A stretch of 64,000 bases of DNA from the human T2T-CHM13v2.0 reference genome, Homo sapiens: the NCBI RefSeq assembly GCF_009914755.1, contig NC_060935.1; one strand, 5' to 3'. The translations under genes and the position numbers were made by a program. Under the pieces are notes generated by a model, which was given only the letters and a program-made list of their open reading frames with translations, did no database searches and had not been told where the DNA came from. This document shows, in pieces, positions 52,456 to 64,000 of this stretch (the stretch's first letter is position 1; each line of letters opens with the position of its first letter).

Positions 52456-55400
52456 GTAACCGGAGGGAATTAAAAAACGGGAGAGTCTGTTATGCTGATG
52501 AGTAACTTTTAAGCAATTATTTTTCTTTTCTACTTTCAGTACTTTGGCGGGGGAGATTTTGGTATTTTATTATATTTAAAAAGGTAAAATATACAAGACC
52601 TAGAAACAAACTTCTAGGTCTCTTTAATACAGGAAGCTGAATAGATCCAGAGGGGTAAGAGCAGGTTTGAAAATTTACATTTTGGTGTGTTCTTTGATTT
52701 TATTTATTTATTTTTCTGGATTAAGCTAACATATTTCTGTTTTCAGAGCCCAAATCAAAAGTTGGTTTTTTGGCATGTTGCATGTGGGTTGGGAAAGAAA
52801 TTTGTCCGTGTCGGAACCCAGTTATACCGATGGTTCTTCATATGTTTAAAACTTTTTTTTTCTTTTATCATTGGATTTGTGGAAGTGGAAAGTTGCAGGG
52901 AGCTTTGCAGTGTAAATGGTATTGTTTTTCCCCCAGAGAGTTTGAACGGCCCGTATCGGTTTCAGCCCTGCTGTTCCTGGGTGGATCCCTCTTACTTTTC
53001 CAGGTGCGGTGGGTGGGAGCCTCATTCTCCTGCTAGATGTAGTCTCCCTTCTTTGGCTTATAAAAGAAAACAAATGGAACCATGTTAACTGAATTGCCAT
53101 CTCCTTCTTCCTTCTAAACTACCTTTGATAGCAAAGATTTGTGGAGGTGTTTGTTAAATCTGCAAATACGATAACGTTTGGTTTATGTGTTTAAAGGGAT
53201 AAGGAAATTCTAATCATGCTTTTTATTTCACCTGAGTAAAGTGGCAACATACCTGAAAATATTTTCAGCTTTTTGCACTCTGAAAGGGCCAAGGGTGGAA
53301 TAAAATTAGGTTTAGAAAAACCATTTATACAAAGTTTAGTGTTTAAAATACATTTCAGAAAACAAGGGAGATTTTTATTTTTAAACCAACCTGAAAGTTG
53401 TTTTTTGGAGTTGAATTTATTGTTTAGTTAATTTACCATGAAATCTGAAATCTCTTAGAGCTGAAGGCCCATGACTGTGCTTTCATATCTTATATTTAAT
53501 CTTAAGATTTGTTTTGTTTTTGCAAATACATTCTTGCAAAAGTACGGATTCTAGATAATTATATAGCCAACTCATCAGTAGCTGAAAAACTAGGGTATTC
53601 TCTTCTCTTTTTGAAAATGTGAATCCGCCTGAAAATTATAGATGCTGTCCTAATTGTAACAAGATGGGCTTTAGTGTGTAAGCTGCTCATTAGCTTTAAA
53701 CTGGTATGGATCTTTAATAATCTGATTTCGTTCTCCCCTCACCCCCCTGCCACAAATTTTTTTAAGACTAGACTTCCTTGAATTTCTTTTCTAGAATGAG
53801 GGTATTTCTTGAAAGACGATTTCATCCTTGTGAAGTTGTGGCTTCAGGAGGAAACAGAACTTTGTTCCTCCTTCAAATACAACCTAGGCAAAGGCTGCAG
53901 AAAATTTTTGATGTCTGAATCTCATAATTATAACAAGTACAGTTAAAAAGAAAGAAAAAATACAATGTGTATAGGCTGTTGAACTGTAGTTCTTGTTTAA
54001 TATTTTCCAAATTTTCTTTCAAATGTTCTCTCTGCCTTGACTCCAGCCTGGGGAGGTTTCTTGGATCTTTAGAGTGTTGGTCATGTTGCTTCCAGAGTGT
54101 CTGTTTCCCACTCAACCTTTAGGGGGAGGGATGAGGGAATCTGAAGGAGGAGTACAAAGGCAGTTTGAAAATAGGTTCTGGATGACTGAGTGGTGGTGAT
54201 TTGGGTCTAGCTTTAAATAGTGGGCTTTGTGTAGCTGAAGTGAGCATCCTAGTTAACCTAGTGTCCAGGACTATTTCCACGAACTAAGGGTTGTTTTGAC
54301 TGGTGTGTAGTACAGAGCCTTTGGGGTGATAAGATGGAAGATTTGTCTTTTACCTCACCTCCACTGGTTCTTTCAGGAATTATAAGGGATGCAGATAAGT
54401 AAATCTTTTATTTTTTAAATTTTTTGTTTTGCTCATTGTCTTGGTTTTGGGGTAAAAAATGATGATAGGTAAGTATGAGCTGTTCAGATATTTCTTTCCT
54501 TGTTTGCCTCCTATGTACGGTTGGTTTCTTTGTTATGTGAGTAAGGTAGTGGTCTGTGTTCCAGATTGCGGGGCGGGGGGGCGGTTCTCTTTTAGGTGGT
54601 TGGAGTTCTAGTACCTTTCTCAGGGTTCCAGCATGGACAGTCAGAGAAGCTCCAACATGTTCTCTGAGCTAGGGTAAAATTGAGACTATTGGTGATATTA
54701 ACAAAAAGAAAAGCACTAAGTAATTACAATCCAGCCTTAGGTTTATGAAGTAGCTGCTCTCCAGGGATGAATGAGATAGGATGGATGCAAATAAATTAAG
54801 CATAGATCACTATCAATTGGAATAACAAAATGATTAGCTTTGTATAATTTATCTCCTTCTATTTTGGTACCCTGTTAGTAACTGCCAAGGCCCTCATTCC
54901 CCCCTACCTCCCCACACCTTGTTTTTAGTGTATTCTAAGCATTTTGCATAAACTATTAATTTCCCACCACTGGTTTTTTTGTTTGTTTTGTTTTTTAAGG
55001 AATTTGACCCTCAGAGAAGCTGAGGTTTGGTGAAAATCTCACTGCCTGTAAATGGTTGAGGCCAGGATTAACCCTGGTCTGACTAACTACAAAGTCCATG
55101 GACTTAACCACTAATATACTGCCATTCTCCAGAGAGAATGGAAACAACAGCTCGAACTAAAACGAGCCCTTGCTAGAGGCAGGAGTGTTTCATCTTGGCA
55201 CAGGGGCAGTACTCACTTAAATTTCCAACTCCCTCCAACTCCCCACTACCCTTGTTGGGATAATGTATGCAAAAGATCTATTTTCCATAGAGCCCATGGG
55301 GAGCTGGATGTGCTAGAATGGATATTATTTTAATCTTTAGAACGAGAATCTTTCCATATCCATATGCCCACCATTGCTGTCCTAATTTCTTAAACTTCCT

Positions 55401-57225
55401 GGAATTGTGTCACACGTTGTTTATCAGTAAAATTTCTTCTTCCAGAGAATTTGTTAGGTATGTGGTTTGGAATGATAGGATATCATCAACTTGCAGGGAC
55501 AGGCTTGTAGGAGGTAGTTCAGATATTCTTGTCTTTCCCTCTAGACTATGAGCAGCTTGGGTGTAGGTACTGTCTTATCTCTGTATCTTTTTAGCACCTG
55601 TCTTAGTGTTTGGTACATACTGAGGTGCTCAGTAAGCCTTGGTTAAATAAGGCATTTGATGAGAATCAGTGAGGGACTGATTTGTGGGGAAGGCTTGAAA
55701 GGAAGCAAAACAACATAGATTAATCAAATTGCAATGTACTTTTGCAACTTTTACTGTAGTCTGTAGTTTTAACCTTTTATGCGTCTCCTCCCTTAATTTT
55801 TTTTTTTTTTTTTTTTTTTTGAGACAGGGTCTTGCTCTTGTCATCCAGGCTGGAGTGCAGTGGTGAAATCATGGCTCACTGCAGCCTCAAACTCCTGGGC
55901 TCAAGTGGTGCTCCCACCTCAGTCTTCTGAGTAGCTAGGACTATGGGTGCACACCACTATGCTTGGCTAATTTTTGTGTATTTTTGTGGAGATGGGGTCT
56001 CTCTATGTAGTCCAGGCTGGTCTCAAACACCTGGGCTCAAGCCATCCTCCTACCTCGGCCTCCTAAAGTGCTGGGATTATAGGTGTGCCCCACCACACCT
56101 GGCCCTCCCTTATATTTTTAAGCAAAGTTTCTAGAGATAATGGAGGATTTAAAATTTTAGCTTTTCTTTAATCCTGTTCCTTTCTTGGCAAGTGGTACAA
56201 AGAATAGTATAAAAAGTAAGGATCTGGCCTGGTGCGGTGGCTCACGCCTGTGATCCCGGCAGTTTGGGAGGTCCAGGTGGGTGGATCGCTGGGCAACATG
56301 GTGAAGACTCCTCTTTACAAAAAATACAAAAATTAGCTGGGCGTGGTGGCATGTACCCGTAGTCCTAGCTACTGGTTGCAGCAAGCCGAGATCATGCCAC
56401 TGCCCTCCAGACTGGGCTTGCAGAGCCAGATCCTATCTCAAAAAATAATAATAATAAATAAATAAATAATAAGTATCCTAGTCCGTTCATTTCATAATGA
56501 ACTTCAACACTGAAAACCTTAAATGTTGCCATTTTCTAGGGGAGAGTATATTAAGACATCAGCAGAAAAGTACTGCTTTCAGCCCTGGTTGGAGGTGAAT
56601 GGTTTCTGTGCTTGTTAATAAAAACGTTAAGAGCTTGGGATGATAGTTTTGAACATCAGTGTTTCAAAGAAAGTATGTTTGGATATCAGTGTATTTTTTA
56701 AATCACTGTTTTAGCCACAAAACTTTAGATTTTGTTCATGTATTGGGAAGCTTATGAGTTTAAGAACCGAAATTAGTTTTCTTGGGTAATTTAAAAGGTA
56801 TTAACAAGGAACTTGCCTACAGGAGTGAACTGTAGGTAATAAGGATGTGAATAAGTACAAATATTCTTTCATGTTCTCTTCCCTCAAAGAAGGGTTAAAT
56901 GACACACAAAGCTGAAGTAGGGATTGCTCTGCCTAAATTATGCAGCTGCCTCCAAGGTTTCCAATAGAGCATTGATGTAGCCTGGCAGGGAGATTGTAAG
57001 AAGGCAAGAACAACTGTTCTGGTTAGAACTAATGAGGGGGAAATTAGGGTATGGATTGATTTGTATTTAATTGTTTAATGTATTTTTCGGAAGTAATTTT
57101 TTTCCCTAATTCTACTTGGAATTGCATGTTATTATTAAATATTAAGCATTGAGAATGGGGCCTGAATTTACCACTTTATTCAGGGATCGTGTTCCCTGTT
57201 TTTAGGGCCACTTCTTCTCCAGTGA

Positions 57226-57543
<318 letters not shown>

Positions 57544-57889
57544 TGATCCGCCTGCCTTGGCCTCCCAGATTACAGTCTTGAGCCACTGCGCCCGGCCAGA
57601 ATTTTATCTTAAAGCCTTCCTTGCTGGTCAGCAGTAGGTAATTTGGTCATGACTTTCACAAAACATGTCCCAGGTTGGTTGATGTGATGTGATGACAAAA
57701 GCACTTCTCAACTTTTTATTTCAAACTTGCAGGAAAGTTGCTCTAGCACAGTAACTGGTATACTCTTCATTTGCCTAGGTATCATTTGTTAACATGTTGC
57801 CACAAATGCTTTATTCTATATTTTTTGGTAAATATGCTAACCAAAAAGGGAATTTCCAATCTGAGACTTCCATAATATGGTGAGGCAAG

Positions 57890-58110
57890 GCAGCATAACA
57901 TAATGATTAAGAGTATGGATGGGGAGCTAGACTGCCACGGAGGAAACATGTAACCTAGGGCAAATTGCTTAATCTCTCTCTGCCTTGGCCTCCTTGTCTG
58001 TAAAATGGGGATAATATTAACCATCTTATAGGATTGTTGTGACACTTAAGTTATTTAATGTATGTGAACTTTATAGAGTAATGCAGAGCTCCTAGTAATG
58101 TCTTGTGTTT
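57890..58110 (+). mobile_element. MIR SINE
   Basis: GGGCAAATTGCTTAATCTCTC...CTGTAAAATGGGGATAATA core. Confidence 0.75.
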
Positions 58111-58169
58111 GCTATTAGAATGGATGCTTCAAAGAACTCAAATTTCGTTTGTTGAACTAATGCCCTTGA

Positions 58170-58482
<313 letters not shown>

Positions 58483-58596
58483 TAAAAACCTGAGAATCTG
58501 TGGTAGATGTAGGTGCTTGCATTACAGAATATATGGGCTTCCTGAGTGGGTAAAGCTAACTTTTAAATTTTTTTAATGGGAAAAAATTAGTAATAG

Positions 58597-59030
<434 letters not shown>

Positions 59031-60347
59031 GACATCATTCTGTATTTGCAACCCTTATTTGTGGACATTTATAAAACTGACATGAGTTCATGAATGCTTC
59101 CTGTGAGAAGTGTGCTTCTAAGAAAGGAGTCAGCTTTTATATGTGGAAAAGCCAAGCTGTGGTCTGTGGGAAATACATATGTGTTAGATACAACCTTGCC
59201 TAGAAACTTGCGGGTTTATTCCAGCCTAGGAATTTTCCTTCTCTTTTCCTCCCTTTTCTTCATACTTAAGAACCCATGAAACTAGTGTTCTAAATAGTAC
59301 TTAAGCCAATTTCTTTGAATAATTTTTTTTTTTTACATTTTTATTTTAAAAATGAGACAGAGGCTGGGCGCGGTGGCTCACACCTGTAATCCCAGCACTT
59401 TGGGAGGCTGAGGCAGGCGCATCACTTGAGGTCAGGAGTTTGAGACCAGCCTGGCCAACATGGTGAAAACCTGTCTCTACTAAAGATACAAAAAAAAAAA
59501 AATTAGCTGGGCATGGTGGTGCATGCCTGTAATCTGAGCTACTCGGGAGGCTGAGGCAGGAGAATCGCTTGAACCCGGGACCCGGGAGGTGGAGGTTGCA
59601 GTGAGCCGATATCATGTCATTGCACCCCAGCCTGGGCGACAGGGCGAGACTCCGTCTCAAAAAAAAAAAAACAGAGAGACAGAGTCTTGGTATGTTGCCC
59701 TGTCTCCAACTCCTGGGCTCAAGTGATTCTCCTACTTCAGCCCCTGGAGTAGCTGGGACTACAGGCACACACCACCTTGCCTGGCTATTTAAGCTAATTT
59801 CTTTTGGCACTCTGTAGCCTCCCACATTCAGTTCCTCACATTTATTTTACCTATAATTTCTTCTACCAATTCTCCTGTATTTTCTCCTTTTCTTTTGCTT
59901 TCCTGTTCTCTGTGGTGTCTTCCTTTGTCTCTCTTTGCCTCCTCTTGCCTCCCCTATCTTTTTTTTCTTTTAGGTTGGGTTTCCTTTTTTTCCCTTTAGG
60001 TTTTCCCTTAGGTCTTCATGGGCGTTGCTTTGCCTCACTAACAGTTAACATAAAGACGTATTTCTGTTTCTTGTACCCATGTGCTAAAGGTACAACTGTT
60101 AGGATACCACTTCATTTCAGTTAGATCTAGTTTAGGCATACAATTGTAATCCAAGAAGACTGATCTCTTCTAGTGATTCAGATTGGTTTTATCTTTGATT
60201 TTTAGATTTCATCTGCATTTCTTGATTAATTACTCATTTTGGTTTAGTTGACAGTTGAGCAAAAAAAAAATTACTTTCTCCGGAGTAAATCATCTGTTTT
60301 ATTTATGCTTTCTATGTTGTTCTATGTTGTAGTGCAGTAGCACATTA

Positions 60348-60777
<430 letters not shown>

Positions 60778-60883
60778 TCAAGAGATTGAGACCATCCTGG
60801 CCAACGTGGTGAAACCCTGTGTCTACTAAAATTTCAAAAATTAGCTGGGCGTGGTGGCACATGCCTGTAGTCCCAGCTCCTCA

Positions 60884-61096
<213 letters not shown>

Positions 61097-61499
61097 TTAT
61101 AGAAACTAGGTCAACTTCTCAATACCTTTATCAAAGCACCTGCAGTTCCCATTTCATTGCAAGTGAAGTAAATCTCATTGAAATAAAGTAGCTGGTGTAT
61201 ATTCAGTACACTTTTAAAATAGCCTATTTTAAAAGAGAAATTGGTGCCAATCTGATTTATTTCCTGCTTTGTTGGAATGGGGGAAGTTCTGTAACCTCAT
61301 TGCTGTTCTGCTCTCTATTGACTACTTTGTTAACTGGGGCACAGTTGGCCTCTTGGATGTCTACCGTGCTGAAGGTCAGCCAAATAGGCAGGTAAGACTA
61401 CCTAGGCCTCTTCATAGGCCTAACTAAGATCACAGTTGGAAAAAAAAAAGTATAGAAAAAGAAAAGAAAGTTGTTTTTTTTTTCTAAAATTTAACTTTT

Positions 61500-62000
61500 T
61501 GTATTCATTGAAGAAGGAAGTAAAACATCTCCATTCAAAAGAAATTTGAGAGTCTGTTTATGCCATACACTGAAGTACAACAATAAACAAAATAGACCTA
61601 CTGTTTGTTCTCAAAGAGCTTACATTCTAGTTGTGAGAGACAAATAATAAGCGAGTAAATATGTAGTATGTCAGAGTGTGGTAATATTATTGAGAAAAAA
61701 GTAAAGTAGAATGAGTAGTATGGAGGAAAGAACGTCTCAGGGTGGGGGTGAGGTTATTTTATATAGAGTATATAGAGTGGTCAGGGAGGGTCTCATGTGT
61801 AAGGTATGTTTGAGAGAGACCAAGAGAAATGGAGGATGGAGTCATGTAGATATGAGGAGTAGGAAGTGCAAAGGCCCTGAGGCTGGTTATTGCCAATGAA
61901 CAAAAGAGATTGAGGGGAGGGAAGGAGAAGTAAGAGACCTGTCCAGAGAGGACCAATGGGAATGTATTTTGGGGGAAGGGGAATAATGTAGGGTCTTGTT
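61500..62000 (+). mobile_element. L2 (LINE2) fragment
   Basis: GAGCTTACATTCTAGT...GGTCAGGGAGGG...GTGCAAAGGCCCTGAGG L2-like motifs. Confidence 0.6.
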
Positions 62001-63130
62001 GTATACTATATTGTACAAAGAAAAATTATCTCCACTTCAAACCCCAGAGACAACGGCTGTTACCGAATTTTTGTGTCTTTCTTGTAACTTGAGGTAGCAC
62101 CTGACCCAACCTCCATATTTCTCCCATTGTGGAATCTCCATGAAAGTATAGTTAGCAGATAATTTGCATAGTAGCAGATTTTGCATAGGTTGATTACCTT
62201 TGTCTTAGAGAATGATAATAAGGCAGCTACTTAGAATAAGCTGATATGTTTTTGGGAAGTGGGATCAAAATTTTTCTTTTTCTTTTTTTTTTTTCTTTTT
62301 TGATACAAGGTCTGTCTCGGCAGTGTTAACAATCTCAGCTCAGTGCAGCCTCCGCCTCCCACGCTCAAGCCATCCTCCCACCTCAGCCTCCTGAGTAGCT
62401 GGGACTATAGGCATGCACTACTACACCCAGCTAATTTTTGTATTTTTTTTTTTTTTTTTTGTAGAGACAGGGTTTTTCCCTGTTGCCCAGGCTGGTCTCA
62501 AACTTCTGAGCTCAAGTGATCTGCCTGCCTCGCCCTCCCAAAGTGCTGGGATTACAGGTGTGAGCTACTGTGCCCAGCCCCCAAATTTTTCTTTCCAAGA
62601 GAAATACTGTATATTTCTCCATCTTCTTATCTAACTAGTCAGTTTTCTATAAGCAGGAGTGACAGCCTAGACCTGTACAGTTTCCTTTTGAGGACAAAAT
62701 TTATTGGTTTGGTTTATGTGCTTTTGACCAAATAGGCTTGCCCCACTTGTCTGCTGCTTCTCCTTTTGCTCATTTGACCAAAAAGCTCCTGTTTCCCCAT
62801 GCCCTGATTGTTGAGAATTCATGGCTTTGAGGACCCCTTTATAGGTCACCATATCCGTATTTCTGTCTTGCACATTGGGAGAGATGATTATCCCTGAAAC
62901 TAACTTTCCTTATGTTTGTTTAGGCATTAGAGGTTATTAAAGCACATCCTGAGCCACTTTACCTAGTTGACTTTGGAGTTGAGGAAGAAGCACCAACTAT
63001 TTAGTGATTTGATGTTCCATGCATATACGAAAGTAAAAGGATATTTGATTGAATACCTATGTCTTGAATCACACACTGTTACTTTCCCTCTTAAGATTTC
63101 TGGTTTAGCTGGTCTGTCCCTCAGTGAGAG

Positions 63131-63237
63131 TCTCTGTCTCGTTCTCTCTCTCTCTCTCTGTCTCGCTCTGTCTCCTCTCTCTCTCTCCCTCTCCCTCTTT
63201 CTCTCTCTTTCTCTCACCCGTCTCCTCCTCTCTCTTT
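63131..63237. repeat. Imperfect (CT)n tract
   Basis: Direct reading. Confidence 0.85.
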
Positions 63238-63613
63238 GGAGTTTTTAGCCCTGGCTCTTAACCTGGTTACCCTCTGTTCTTTCCTTTAATTATGCTTATC
63301 TGGTTGTCATCTGGTTACTTAATATTAGGGATGCCCTCAACCAAGAAACTTTTTTTCTTCCCATCTCCTCCTTTGTTCAGGTAACTGTATCATCTTGCAT
63401 GGGAAATAATCCAGGCAATCAGAGATTACCCAAAATTTTGAAATTGTTTTAAACAACTGGTTTATATGTATTACTTCATCATATATAGATGGTGTGAGAT
63501 GTTTGTGGTTGTCTTGAGAGTTTTTTGAGATAGAGCTTTGCTCTGTCATCCAGGCTGGAGTGCAGTGACATGATCATAATTTATTGCAGCCTTGACTTCC
63601 CAGGCTCAAATGA

Positions 63614-63923
<310 letters not shown>

Positions 63924-64000
63924 TGAGTAGCTGGGATTATGGGTGCATGCCACCACGCCTGGCTATGTCTTTTTTTTTTTTTTTAAATTAAAAAAATTTT

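Noticed and set aside
52687-53088. 133-aa ORF in CTNND1 intron 1
   Set aside because: GTG start, T-rich composition, no armadillo or other recognisable domain

Overview
Hominid (almost certainly human) genomic DNA, very Alu-dense, matching the MED19-TMX2-SELENOH-BTBD18-CTNND1 cluster (gene names recognised from the translated sequences and gene order, not from a database search). Contents: MED19 exon 1 (- strand) head-to-head with TMX2 (+, 8 coding exons reconstructed, 296 aa, SNDC thioredoxin motif); SELENOH (+, 122 aa, in-frame TGA as Sec in CTSU, SECIS in a separate 3'UTR exon); BTBD18 (-, 2 coding exons, 712 aa); and the non-coding first exon and start of intron 1 of CTNND1. The 25-kb TMX2 intron 1 is a stack of nested retroelements: ERV1 remnants, a full-length SVA with TSDs, a PPIA processed pseudogene and many Alus. 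I find no convincing wholly new biological system. The best leads are a MYC-type WDR5-binding motif (EEEEIDVV) in the BTBD18 tail, competing RNA folds at both Sec-recoding elements of SELENOH, a PPIA retrocopy whose frame is restored by compensating indels, an apparently permuted MER4-group provirus, a ~500-bp CT tract grown inside an Alu linker, and a 51-bp non-Alu duplication upstream of CTNND1. Repeat family names are from memory of consensus sequences and need Dfam confirmation.
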